Assembly: GCA_020444425.1 (NCBI GenBank)
Contig: JAHLLB010000002.1
Span: forward strand, 13,250 to 77,249
DNA: 64,000 bases
From: a bacterium
Lineage (GTDB): Bacteria > Electryoneota > Electryoneia > Electryoneales > Electryoneaceae
Reading direction: 5' to 3'
Part shown: one piece after another, positions 39,561 to 50,100 of the stretch
Numbering within the stretch: position 1 is the stretch's first letter
Layout of the letters: each line of letters opens with the position of its first letter
Position numbers and translations under genes: made by a program
The notes under the pieces: generated by a model
What the model saw: only the letters and a program-made list of their open reading frames with translations
Told to the model about the DNA's origin: nothing
The model's database searches: none

Positions 39561-40889
39561 ATGATCAGATACGGTTCGCTACGCAGATTACCGCTGCTAC
39601 TCTCACTCGCGTTCATGCTCCCTTTCTCCGTGGTAGCGGAGGAGGTCGAGAACGGCGTGTCGGTGTTGTATCACCTGGTGGACGAATCGATCTATCCGGA
39701 TCATGTGTTGCAGGAAGGTGAAACAGCAACGTTGCAGTTCAGCATGGCGAATCTGACCGAACCGTGGACGAACGTCGATTGGGGGCTGAGCCTGGAGCAG
39801 TCCGGACCAGTTTCGGCTCAGACATCCAGTGGTACAATTGACGAGGTACAGGCCGGCGACGAACGGACCGTCTTCCTCTCGATTCCGCTGACGACTGGCG
39901 ATCTCGGGAATCTGCCCGATCGTACTGCGGCATCACTGACTATCGACTCCCAGTCGGGTGGGATGACGTATTCCTTCCATCTTTCGTTGCGCAAAGCCGA
40001 AGTGTTGTTGATTTCGGATGGCATGGAAAACGTACGCGAGGTCATCGCCCCGGCGTTGGAGGCCGGACACATTGTCTGGGGATACGCCGGTGTGCCGATG
40101 AACGAGCTGCCGCATGAGATGTATGAGGCGTGGACGATCATGGTTGAAGCAGACGCCCGTTATTCGCAATACCTGTTCACGCCGGACGATGTGCCGGTGC
40201 GCGACTGGTTCCGCTACAGCAACGGCGGCTCGCTCAGTGGATTGTACCTGTACGAAACCTATCCGTACGGCGATCCCGAATGGTTGGGCGGGCTGGCGTC
40301 CGTGTGGAACGATCCGCTTGATGAAACCACCTTCCTCGGCTACGAAGACGATCCCATCGCCCGGGGGCAGACGATTGAGGCGTGCAGCTCGGACGGTGTC
40401 AGCATTTCCTACCCCTGCTGCGGCAATCCGGCGATTTTCCACACTGGTGATGGTATCCCGGCAGCGGGTTGGTTTGACTATGGCTGGCGGGTGGTGGATT
40501 ACGGTTTCTCGCTGGTACACATGGACAACGGCGCCGACATCGAACTACCTCGCGACGAGCTGATCCGACGGACGGCCAACTGGCTTGTGTACCGGGAAAC
40601 GAGCGTCTTCGAGCCCATCGAGGAACCGGCGCTACCGGTGAAGATTGAACTGGTCGCGTATCCGAACCCGTTCAACGCGTCCCTCACCATCGAACTCCGC
40701 GGTGACGGCCGACTTTCCCCTGTCGAAATCATCAACGCGAACGGCCGGCTGGTCGAGACCCTTTTCCCCGCTTCAACCAACAGCACTCAGCTGAGCTGGA
40801 ATGCTCAGGCATATCCCAGCGGGACGTATTACGTCAAAACCGCGACACCCAACGGCGCCACGGTTCGAAAAGTCACGTTGTTGAAATAA
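39561..40889 (+). CDS. Secreted protein of unknown function with a C-terminal sorting-like domain (candidate T9SS cargo)
   Basis: It has a signal peptide (MIRYGSLRRLPLLLSLAFMLPFSVVA). The last roughly 80 aa (VAYPNPFNASLTIEL...GTYYVKTATPNGATVRKVTLLK) look like the C-terminal sorting domain of the Por / type IX secretion system. Confidence 0.6.
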   Translation: MIRYGSLRRLPLLLSLAFMLPFSVVAEEVENGVSVLYHLVDESIYPDHVLQEGETATLQFSMANLTEPWTNVDWGLSLEQSGPVSAQTSSGTIDEVQAGDERTVFLSIPLTTGDLGNLPDRTAASLTIDSQSGGMTYSFHLSLRKAEVLLISDGMENVREVIAPALEAGHIVWGYAGVPMNELPHEMYEAWTIMVEADARYSQYLFTPDDVPVRDWFRYSNGGSLSGLYLYETYPYGDPEWLGGLASVWNDPLDETTFLGYEDDPIARGQTIEACSSDGVSISYPCCGNPAIFHTGDGIPAAGWFDYGWRVVDYGFSLVHMDNGADIELPRDELIRRTANWLVYRETSVFEPIEEPALPVKIELVAYPNPFNASLTIELRGDGRLSPVEIINANGRLVETLFPASTNSTQLSWNAQAYPSGTYYVKTATPNGATVRKVTLLK

Positions 40890-41000
40890 AAACAAAGTCA
40901 AAGAAAGTAAAGGATAGTAAAAGACAGGAACGGACAGGAAAAGACACGTTCCTTCTGCCTGTTCCGTCTGGAAAGACATTGGAACTGCCAGCGTACTTTC

Positions 41001-41783
41001 CTACTCCAATACCTTCTTTGCCACTTCATCCGTTACCGGCTTGACGTATTGCTCGTCCATGAAAAGGTGCCCGGCTCCGTCCATTTTCAGCAATCGTGAA
41101 CGCGGCGCCCAACGGACCAGCGTCTCGGCGTTCTCGAACGGCACGATGTTGTCCTCGGATGCGTGCACAGCGATCAGGTGCGGCCGCAGGGCGCGCACAG
41201 ACGGCTCGAGATCCACTTCCTTCAGCCTGTCGAAGAACTCCTTGCGCAGCTCGCGTGGTTTACCATCCGTGTTGATCCGTCCCAGTCCCGTTGACTGAGC
41301 TTCCTCGTAGGCGGATTTGAAGCCGGGCCGCAGTTCGCCGGGACGAGCTGTCGCAGCAAAGGTGACAACCAGCTTCACACTCTGAATCGAACTCGCGGCA
41401 GCCAGGGACGCACCCCCACCGAACGAATGCCCGATCAATACCGTCGGAGACGAGTAGTTCTTGCGCAAGAACTCGGCGGCGTAGCGTACGTCCGAGACGT
41501 ACCCCTGGAACGTGGTCTGGCTGAAGTCGCCCTCACTCTCACCCAACCCCGGATAATCATAGCGCAGCATCCCGATGCCGTGTTCGGCGAGGAACCGGCC
41601 GGTGTACACCGCCACCTTGTACTGCTTGCTGCAGGTGAAGCAGTGGGAGAAGATCGCGAACTCCTTGGGCTCTCCGTCCGCAGGCAGGTCGAGGATACCG
41701 GCCAGCCGTTCGCCGTCCTTGTTGGTAAAATGGATACGCTCGTTGCGGATGTTGCTGCGTGATGATTCAGCCATGATCGACAA
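41001..41783 (-). CDS. Alpha/beta-hydrolase-fold protein
   Basis: It has a nucleophile elbow (GHSFGG) in an alpha/beta-hydrolase context. An A-rich stretch and a hairpin downstream at about 40925-40975 could form its terminator. Confidence 0.65.
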   Translation of the reverse strand: MSIMAESSRSNIRNERIHFTNKDGERLAGILDLPADGEPKEFAIFSHCFTCSKQYKVAVYTGRFLAEHGIGMLRYDYPGLGESEGDFSQTTFQGYVSDVRYAAEFLRKNYSSPTVLIGHSFGGGASLAAASSIQSVKLVVTFAATARPGELRPGFKSAYEEAQSTGLGRINTDGKPRELRKEFFDRLKEVDLEPSVRALRPHLIAVHASEDNIVPFENAETLVRWAPRSRLLKMDGAGHLFMDEQYVKPVTDEVAKKVLE

Positions 41784-41889
41784 TCCCTGCTTCGTACGAC
41801 TACCTGTTTGGCACCTGAAACAAGACCGGGACTGATCGCCCCGGCCTTGTATAACATCTAACGTTACTGCGTGTTGAAATGTTTCCCGA

Positions 41890-43488
41890 TTACCGGACCA
41901 ACATCGCCTTCAGAGTCGAGATCTCACCATGCGACTGTGCAGTCACGAAGTAGATCCCTGAGGCTTGCGTCGTCAGGTCCAGCATCAAGCGGTGCGATCC
42001 GGCGCTCAGCGTACCATCCACCACGCTTGCGACTTGGCGGCCGGTGATGTCATGTACCGTAATCGCCACCCGCTGCGTTTGCGGCAGGCTGAGCTCGATG
42101 GTGCTGCTGCCGTTAAACGGGTTCGGATACAAACCGTTCAGCTCGAACTCCGCCGGAATAGTGGCGTCGTTTGCGGAGACGGTCGCATCGCTCAGGCCGA
42201 TGTCATACAGGAACGCGGCAAGGTTTCCGCCACCGAGCTTGGTGAAGGTGAACGAATCGCTGGCGAAGACATTGTTCGGGTTGTCGCCGATCTTGCCAAC
42301 GATGCTGTATTCCCCGCCCGGCGCGGAACCGGGGATGTTCTGCGTCAACGGACGCACGATGGTGTAGTTCGCCGGGATTGGCAGCGGCTGTACATACGCG
42401 AGCGGACCGTACGTGTTACCGTTCGGCAGAATCGCTTCGGTCCAGCCGGCGGTGACGATCGTCTGGTTCGTGGTGTTGGTGATGTACGCAGTGAACTCCA
42501 CCGTGCCGCCACCCGGGAAGATGGTCTGGTTCGGGACGGCCGGTTCAAGCGTGAAGATGATGTCCTCGCCAGAGAGCCAGTAGCCGACATCCACGAAGAC
42601 AGGGATGTGATCGCTGGCGGCATGCAGAGCATCAGCCACATCAGGCGTGACGACGCCGTTGGTGCCGTTGTTGATCGCCTGGTTGAAGTGGTTGCCGTCA
42701 TTCCCGAACGCGGTGTAGGTCGTCGCGAGGACGTCCCAGCCTTCGCTGTCAAACAGGCTTTCCTGCGCGAGGATGAAATCGAAGCGGTCGTCCATGCCGC
42801 CTGTCGCGCCACCTCCGAACGAGGATGTGCGCGGGCTCTGGGTGTGGACAGCCGCGAGGCTGGCGTTGTCGTGCCAGTTTCCGGGTGTTTCGATTGGATC
42901 CTCGAACCCGGCGTTCAGCAGCGCCTGGTAGGCCGGCTCGGAGCTGGTGTAAACGTTGAAGTCACCACAGAAGAAGAAATCGGTAGTGTACAGGTCTTCG
43001 GACGTCATGTAGCTGAGCAGGTCAAGCACTTCGTCGTGGCGGCGGTCTTCTTCGCCCTGGCTGGCCTTAAGGTGCGTGTTGCCGAACCAGATTTCCGGTT
43101 CGGTCGGGATATTCAGCGCGGCGAACTGATAGATTTCGTGGTTGCGCAGGTCGGTGGGCACGGAGGCGTGCGACACGAGCTCAAACAGATCGTTACGGTA
43201 GAACGCATATTCATCGCTGGTACCGACGATCGGGCCGGGAGTCCGTGACCAGGTGCCATCCAACACTTCGTCAAGGAAATCATCCGCGGCGTCGTTGTTG
43301 ATCACTTCCTGCGCGAGGATGATGTCCGGATCGATCTCGTTGATGATCGTCGCGAACTCGTCATTGCGGTCGTTGCTGGTGGTGCTGTAGTTCAGCAGGT
43401 TGTAGTTCATCACACGGATGGTATAATCCTGTGCGACGGCAAACGTCGCCAACAGCATGGCGATCAGAACAAGCAGTGTACTACGCAT
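41890..43488 (-). CDS. Secreted endonuclease/exonuclease/phosphatase (EEP) family enzyme with a C-terminal sorting-like domain (candidate T9SS cargo)
   Basis: It has a signal peptide (MRSTLLVLIAMLLATFAVA) and an EEP fold (RVMNYNLLNY...ILAQEV...GDFN...SDHIPV). The last roughly 75 aa (NGLYPNPFNGSSTIEL...GIYFVTAQSHGEISTLKAMLVR) look like a Por / type IX sorting signal. The start is set at an internal Met, and the track ORF is 66 codons longer. Confidence 0.68.
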   Translation of the reverse strand: MRSTLLVLIAMLLATFAVAQDYTIRVMNYNLLNYSTTSNDRNDEFATIINEIDPDIILAQEVINNDAADDFLDEVLDGTWSRTPGPIVGTSDEYAFYRNDLFELVSHASVPTDLRNHEIYQFAALNIPTEPEIWFGNTHLKASQGEEDRRHDEVLDLLSYMTSEDLYTTDFFFCGDFNVYTSSEPAYQALLNAGFEDPIETPGNWHDNASLAAVHTQSPRTSSFGGGATGGMDDRFDFILAQESLFDSEGWDVLATTYTAFGNDGNHFNQAINNGTNGVVTPDVADALHAASDHIPVFVDVGYWLSGEDIIFTLEPAVPNQTIFPGGGTVEFTAYITNTTNQTIVTAGWTEAILPNGNTYGPLAYVQPLPIPANYTIVRPLTQNIPGSAPGGEYSIVGKIGDNPNNVFASDSFTFTKLGGGNLAAFLYDIGLSDATVSANDATIPAEFELNGLYPNPFNGSSTIELSLPQTQRVAITVHDITGRQVASVVDGTLSAGSHRLMLDLTTQASGIYFVTAQSHGEISTLKAMLVR

Positions 43489-43706
43489 CGTATGCCTCAA
43501 ACTTACACGTTGAAAATAATGACGTTGCAGGAAACGGCTACAGCGCGTTTCCAATCTTTGAGTATGATACGGTTTCTGTGACGAGTCAACGTGAAACCGG
43601 CCTTTTGGAGCTTTTTGTTTTCGTGACCGGAGATCGCGGGCGACTTTCACACGAGTCCTCCGCACGAGTACATTAGCGAAACTCAATCCTGACGCTGGTA
43701 GCTTCG

Positions 43707-45683
43707 ATGCCTGAGCCTGCTGAACGTTTCCGCAAGATCCTGTTTCACGTGATGGCTGCGGTCACCACGGTGATCGTGCCGTTGTCGATCTCCACCGCGA
43801 CACTCGATCCCGGCCTGATGTTTCGTTTCACGGTCTGGGCGGGTTGTCTCGCAATCGTGGCGGCGATGGTGATGTGGGGCAGTCTGCGGTACAAGAATCT
43901 CAACGCCCACGGCTTGTGGCGGTCGGGACTGGTAGTATCCGGGACGTTGTATGTGCTCGCTGCGGCCATCGGTTTCTGGGTTGCGATCGACAAACCGGAC
44001 TGGCTGTACGCCACCTTGCGGACCGCGTTGCTGGTGGCGCACATGGTGCTGTTCGCCCTGATCCTGATGTGGAACCGGGAGCGCTGGCAGCAGCTGACGT
44101 ACTACAGCGCGTCGTTTATGGTGCTGATTTCGCTGGTTGGCATCGTGCAGTGGGGCAGTCCGTTGTTCCGGATCGGGATGCTCGATCCGCCGTACGGCAC
44201 GATGATGCACGAAAACCTGTTTGCGTCCTTCCTCTTCCTCTCCACCCCGTTGACGTTGTACGGCGCGATCCGGATGAAAAAAATGTCGCGGCTGCTGTTT
44301 TTTGTCGCGTTGCTCGCGATGGTGGCAGCTGTGGTGGTTTCGACGACACGTGCGACCTGGATCGCGTTAACCCTCGGCGCAGCAATCGCCGGGATGATCT
44401 TCGTCATCGGCGACCGCAAGATCGGGGTCGAAACACTCTGGCGCACGGGCATTCAGAAACGCGTCGCGGCGCTGGCGTTGTCGGTCGTGTTGCTGGCTGG
44501 CGCGGTGGTGTTTGTCACCTATGTTTCGGACCAGTTCGACGATCTGCATGAACGAACGTTGTTGTGGCAGCGTACGCTCGAATTGACGGAGCTGCATCCG
44601 GTCACAGGACTTGGCGCGGGCAACTGGGTGCAGTACACCAACATCGAAAACATGCGCAACCGGATCTCGCAGGCAAACTGGATCCGTCCGCACAACGACC
44701 CCCTCTGGGTGCTGTCCGAAACCGGCGCCCTCGGCCTGATCGGCTATCTCGGGCTGTTTGCGACGGGGTTCTGGTTGACCTGGCGAGCGATCCGTGAAGC
44801 GAAGGACAACGAAACCCGGTGGCTGGCGGGGCTGGTGCTGTTTGCGCTGCTCGGCTTTTTCCTGATCTCCAATTCCGGCTTCCCGCGTGAACGGCTGGAA
44901 CACAGCGCCTATTTCGCAACCTATCTGGCGTTGTCGTTCTTCGTCTACCGGATGGCTATCCCGGCGAAACAACCGGCGAAACGTTCGAGCGGCGTACGGA
45001 TCTTCTCCGTCGCTGTACTGTTGCTCGCATCGTTCGCGACAATCGTCGGTATCTATCGCACCAAGGGTGAGTCACGGGTGCGGATCGCCCATGCCGCGTT
45101 GGCATCAGAGCACTACGAAGTCGTCGTACCCGTGCTGCGGGACGCGAAGAACCCGTTCTTCGACTGCCATCCGAACGGGCTCCCGATCGAATACATGCGT
45201 GGGATCGCGTACTACGAACAGAAGCAATACCTGAAAGCACGTGAGAACTTCGAATACTCGGTGAACAAGAACAGCTACCAGGGCATGAGCATGTGGTGGC
45301 TGGGCCGGACATACGTCCACACCGAACAGTACCCCAAAGCGGCGGAGATGTTCATGCGTGTGCTCGAGTGGTGGCCGGACAACGTCTTCAGCCTGCCGGG
45401 CCTCGCGTTGTCCTATTACCAGATGCAGGAATACGAACTGGCGTACAAGTACATGCTGCGGTACCAGAAACAGTACGATCCGCAACGGCACCGTCAGTCG
45501 TATGCCAGCTTATGGCAGGCGATTCAGCAACGGTTAACGCCGGAGCAGATGGCTGCGCTGGATCAGGAAGTCGAAGAGGTCGAGCTGCGGCGTGCGGAGG
45601 AAAAGCGTGGCAAGCGGCACATCGAATTGATCAGAGAAAAGCAGCGGGAGCGTCTGGGAATCGAACCCAGCCGGGGCGATTAA
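43707..45683 (+). CDS. Wzy_C-domain membrane protein (O-antigen-ligase / O-oligosaccharyltransferase-like) fused to C-terminal TPR repeats
   Basis: The Wzy_C signatures are clear: STTRATWIALTLG, LLWQRTLELTELHPVTGLGAGNW, and HNDPLWVLSETGALGL (the H-N-x3-L-x3-E-x-G motif). The last roughly 200 aa are TPR repeats. Confidence 0.72.
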   Translation: MPEPAERFRKILFHVMAAVTTVIVPLSISTATLDPGLMFRFTVWAGCLAIVAAMVMWGSLRYKNLNAHGLWRSGLVVSGTLYVLAAAIGFWVAIDKPDWLYATLRTALLVAHMVLFALILMWNRERWQQLTYYSASFMVLISLVGIVQWGSPLFRIGMLDPPYGTMMHENLFASFLFLSTPLTLYGAIRMKKMSRLLFFVALLAMVAAVVVSTTRATWIALTLGAAIAGMIFVIGDRKIGVETLWRTGIQKRVAALALSVVLLAGAVVFVTYVSDQFDDLHERTLLWQRTLELTELHPVTGLGAGNWVQYTNIENMRNRISQANWIRPHNDPLWVLSETGALGLIGYLGLFATGFWLTWRAIREAKDNETRWLAGLVLFALLGFFLISNSGFPRERLEHSAYFATYLALSFFVYRMAIPAKQPAKRSSGVRIFSVAVLLLASFATIVGIYRTKGESRVRIAHAALASEHYEVVVPVLRDAKNPFFDCHPNGLPIEYMRGIAYYEQKQYLKARENFEYSVNKNSYQGMSMWWLGRTYVHTEQYPKAAEMFMRVLEWWPDNVFSLPGLALSYYQMQEYELAYKYMLRYQKQYDPQRHRQSYASLWQAIQQRLTPEQMAALDQEVEEVELRRAEEKRGKRHIELIREKQRERLGIEPSRGD

Positions 45684-45769
45684 ACCCCACAACGGTTTTG
45701 AAGACCGCGGCGTCCACCAGGAACACATCCGCCCCCGAAAGACAGTCGTCAGTTGTCAGTACTCAGTGG

Positions 45770-47185
45770 TCAGTCTGCGCGGAAGAGGTCATAGATCCCC
45801 CCGAACGCGCCGTTGGAGAAGATAAGGACCACATCCCCCGCTTTGCCCGTGCTCCGGATCATCTCGGCCAATTCGGGTACGTCGTCGAAGGATTGTCCCT
45901 TGACTCCGAAATCACGAAGCTCCACCAGCACCGAGTCACGGTTCAGCCGTTCGTCGAACGGTATCCTTTCCACCCGGTGAATTGGCCCGAAGTAGACCTC
46001 ATCGGCTGCCTGCAACGCGCCCGCCAACACATCCTGATGCAACTGCCGCACCATCGTGTTGGATCGCGGTTCAATCAGCACGCGCAAGCGTTTCCCGGGC
46101 CACCGTTCACGCGCGGCGGCGATGGTTTCCTTCATCGCGGTCGGGTGATGACCGAAATCGTCAACGTAGGTAATACCGTCTCGTTCGAGGAACACTTCCA
46201 TCCGCCGACGGATGCCCTTGAACTGCATCAGAGCTTCGGTGATGTCCGGGACAGTGCCGCCCATCAGCGTTGTCGCGGCGACGGCTGCTATGGTGTTTCG
46301 CAAGTTGTGCATCCCGGCCAACGGTACCGCCAGCTCGGCGTAACGTTTCCCGCCACGATCAATCATCAAGCCGCTGAACCCGCCGGAGACGCCGGTGTAG
46401 GTTCCCTTCCAATGGGCGTCCGATGCGAAGCCATAGGTTTGTACACGGCTGTGTGCGTGGCTGGCCAAGGCCAGTGCGCGACGGTCGTCTGCACAGGTCA
46501 GCAAGGTGCCGTCCGGCGGGATCAACCGCAGCATGAACTGGAAGCTGCGCTCGATCGCGTCGATGTCGTCGTAGATGTCCGCATGATCCATCTCCACGGA
46601 CGTAACAGTTGCAATATAGGGCAGATAATGGAAAAACTTCGCGCGTTTGTCGAAGAAGGCCGTGTCGTATTCGTCCCCTTCGATGACAAACGGTTTGCCC
46701 TCTGCCCCGAGCTTTGCGGACGACGGCAGGTCGAGCGGTTGACCACCGATCAGCCAGCCCGGTTCGAGCCCGCAGGCGTGCATCAGGTACGCGGTGAGTG
46801 TGGTTGTGGTGGTCTTGCCATGTGTGCCGGCGACGACCACGGGCCGCCGTTGCCGCAACACATGCAGCCGGAGGAATTCCGGCAGGCTGGTGTACGGGAT
46901 ACGGCGTCGCAGCATCTCCTCCACTTCAACCTGGCCACGGCTGAACGCGTTGCCGACGACGACCAGGTCCGGCCTCCACTCGAGGTTCTGTTCGGCGAAG
47001 CCGGTGTAGATGGTGACGCCGAGCTGCTTGACCATTTCGGACGCTGGCGGATAGAGCGGATTGTCGCTGCCGCGCACCTCGAAACCGGCTTCCAGCGCGA
47101 TACGTGCCCCGGCGAGCATCCCGGTGCCGCCGATGCCGATGAAATGGATTTTCAACGGACGGCTTTTTGTTTCGTTAGCCTGCAT
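45770..47185 (-). CDS. mpl: UDP-N-acetylmuramate:L-Ala-gamma-D-Glu-meso-diaminopimelate ligase (Mpl, murein peptide recycling ligase)
   Basis: It has the Mur ligase fold (GIGGTGM...GTHGKTTTT) and VIEGDEYDTAFFDKRAKFFHY, which is characteristic of Mpl rather than MurC. Its ATG overlaps the stop of the M1 peptidase gene as TAATG. Confidence 0.82.
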   Translation of the reverse strand: MQANETKSRPLKIHFIGIGGTGMLAGARIALEAGFEVRGSDNPLYPPASEMVKQLGVTIYTGFAEQNLEWRPDLVVVGNAFSRGQVEVEEMLRRRIPYTSLPEFLRLHVLRQRRPVVVAGTHGKTTTTTLTAYLMHACGLEPGWLIGGQPLDLPSSAKLGAEGKPFVIEGDEYDTAFFDKRAKFFHYLPYIATVTSVEMDHADIYDDIDAIERSFQFMLRLIPPDGTLLTCADDRRALALASHAHSRVQTYGFASDAHWKGTYTGVSGGFSGLMIDRGGKRYAELAVPLAGMHNLRNTIAAVAATTLMGGTVPDITEALMQFKGIRRRMEVFLERDGITYVDDFGHHPTAMKETIAAARERWPGKRLRVLIEPRSNTMVRQLHQDVLAGALQAADEVYFGPIHRVERIPFDERLNRDSVLVELRDFGVKGQSFDDVPELAEMIRSTGKAGDVVLIFSNGAFGGIYDLFRAD

Positions 47186-50100
47186 TAGCGGAAGTATGGG
47201 TCCAGGTTTAGGTTGACGTAGACGACGGTGTGATCGAGGAAATCCTGTCCGGTCCAGCTGTGGATTTCATCCAGCGTTCGTTCGTAATCGTCCGAGGCAT
47301 ACACCGGTGCCAGCCGTGCGGAAAAGGAAAGACCGTAGAAATCAACAAGTCCAGCTTCCACGCCGAGTTCCCCTCCGAAAGCGACATCGTTCGAACGTAT
47401 GTTTCGGAACAGCATGCCGGATTCGAAGATGCCCAGGCGAATACGATCCAGGAAACGGTCAACATGAACCTGCCCGGTACGCCGGAGGAGCTGTGGCAGC
47501 TTATTGAGTTGCGAAAAACGAAGCGCGAGGAACCGGTCGGTATACACTGCACCGAGATCCGAGGCAAGCGAAGCCGGTGCGTGTGGGCGTGGCAGCCGGC
47601 TGTAGTGCGCGCTTTGCGGCGAACGAACTGGCGGAAGATTCAGGTCGACCGTGTTCCACGCGCCACCGTAAAGCGGACTTCCCATCACTTCGTACGGAGC
47701 CGCGCCGCCTGGGGCATCAATGAATCGAGCGGGAGCGGAACCGTTTGCCACTGAGGCCCGCGCTTCGGTGCCCAACTCCCATCCCAGTGGCAAGGATCCC
47801 GCGAGCTCGATACTCCAGGTTGCGACATTGAAATCGTCGTCGAGCCCAATGGTCCAGTGTAGTTCTTCTTTCCACGGGATACGTCCAAACCTGCCTGCGA
47901 AGTTCGCCTTGGCGCGAAGATAGGGTGTCGCACCAGCTTGGCTCGCGTACTGGTGATTCAGCGCAGGCGGCACGGCGACTCGTGCCAGCGGATTCGATCC
48001 CGTGATCAAGGTGCCTCGTTCAGACCCCGGCGCGGAGAGGGTGGCGTTCAGCGTGGAATTGTACCTTTCCCATGACCCTGCCTTGATGCTCCAGGTGATC
48101 CGATTGATCGACGAGTTCCACTTGCGCCACGACCGCCGCAGACCGATCTCGCCCCACGCGTCACCGTGCATATTACCAAAATAGACGGTGCCGTAGGTTG
48201 GGCCGAAGTCACGGTTGATCGGTGTCGCGAAGCCAACGCGATACTGCGGCAGATAGGTGTCGATGTTATTGCTCGGGATGAGTACATCCGCGAGCAGAAT
48301 GTCTTCACGTTCGAGGTACGAGCCACGCACTGAAAGCCCTGCCATCAGGCGTGTGTCGAGATTGTAGCCCATCGCCGGCGACACATTCATCTGCCAGCGT
48401 TCCAGATCAGGCAACGGCTGCGGCGTCAGGATCGGATCAAATGCCAGCTTTGGCGCTTGCCACGGCCAGTGATTGTTCGCCGGATCGCGGTCGGTCCAGA
48501 AGCCGTCCGGATCGAGCAGAATAGCTGCCGGTTTCATATCGCCCGGAAGCTGTACTTCGATCCTGATCCGTGCGTTGGGCATGTGCCACTGATCCCACGA
48601 ACCCCAGGCCTCATAGCCCTCAGGAACGACATCGGTTGGCAGAAACGGCACCGCGCCTCGGAGCGTATCGCCATCTGTTGTGATCACACCGATCAGCGGC
48701 GGGATCTTCATCTCGTCCTTGCGGTGGACGGTGAACCTCAACGTATTCCCGCCGCTCGGGTTGCGGTCAAGGTCGACGTTCTCGAGTGCATAGTCCAGAT
48801 CCACGGCCGAATAGAGGAACTGGTCGAAGAACCATTTCAACGACTGGCCGGATGCGTCCTCGAATGACGAGACGACATCGTCGGAGCTGACGTGAGTCAG
48901 AGCGTGGCGTTGATACAGGATCTTGAAGCCGCGCCAGAACGCTTCGTCCCCGATCACACCCCGCAGTGTGTTGAGCATGACCGGGCCTTTGTAGTAGGAG
49001 GACACGCGCAACAGCGGGTAGTCGTCTGCGGTGTCGCTGGCTCGCACCATCGGCAAGTCTTCCCCGGCGAGTACAGCCTCGAGGTAGGGCCGTTGCCCGC
49101 GAACGTCCGCATCCCGAACAATCATCTCTTCGCTGAACAGGCCGCGAGAATAGGTGCGGTATTTGTTCACCTCGGTGCCTTCGTATTTCGTCAGCAGCAC
49201 GTGCTCGAGGTACGTGGTGAAGCCTTCGTCAATCCACTGTTCGTCCTGCGAATTCGAGTGCAGGATCATCGGCGTGTAGTTATGGACCACCTCATGGATC
49301 ATCACCTGCACATACTGCGGCGAACTCCAGCTCATCAGGGTCAGCATCGGGTATTCCATCGCTGACCACGAGTAGGACGCCTGCACTCTCGGCCACGGAT
49401 ACGGTCCGTAGATTTCTTCCAGCTGCTGGATCGTCCAGCCACAGACCTCAGCGGCGTCGCTCCAGTCATCGGTCTGATCACGCCGGGAAAAGGACCACGC
49501 CTCGAAGTGACCGAAATCGACACGGTCGATGAGAAATTTCGGGTCCATCGCGAAGGTGACATCCGGCACCTGATCGGCCTGGAAGATCCATGTGATCGGG
49601 CGTACCCCCTCTTCCCCCTCCGGGATCGGTGTCGGGAACGGGTTGCCGAGGGTCAGCCCCTTCATGCGCTCCGGCGGCAGCACCTCGGATTCGTTAACCA
49701 GTTCGCCGGTCGAGGCGATGATGTACTTGTACGGCACGGTGTAACGGATCGTGAAGTCGCCGAACTCACCGTACGCTTCGCCGGTACCGAAGTAGCGGTT
49801 GACAGTCCAACCGAACTCGGGTGTGTACGGGCAGATCTGCGGATACCAGTACGCGCCTTTGTACTGGCCACGTGAATACCCCATCCGGGACTGAGATCCG
49901 CCAGTGGGAAATCTGGTCGTGAACGGAAGGACGAAGCTTGCGGAGTCACCCGGCTGAATCGGTGGGTCAAGGTGCAGCTGCCCGATGCTGTAGTCTTGAT
50001 CAAAGGATGCGGTGCGGCCATCGAGGGACCGGACCTGACCAACTTTCAGATCACCCCATGTCGCTTCCGGTTGCCGTGACCAGTGCTTGTCCCGGCTGCG

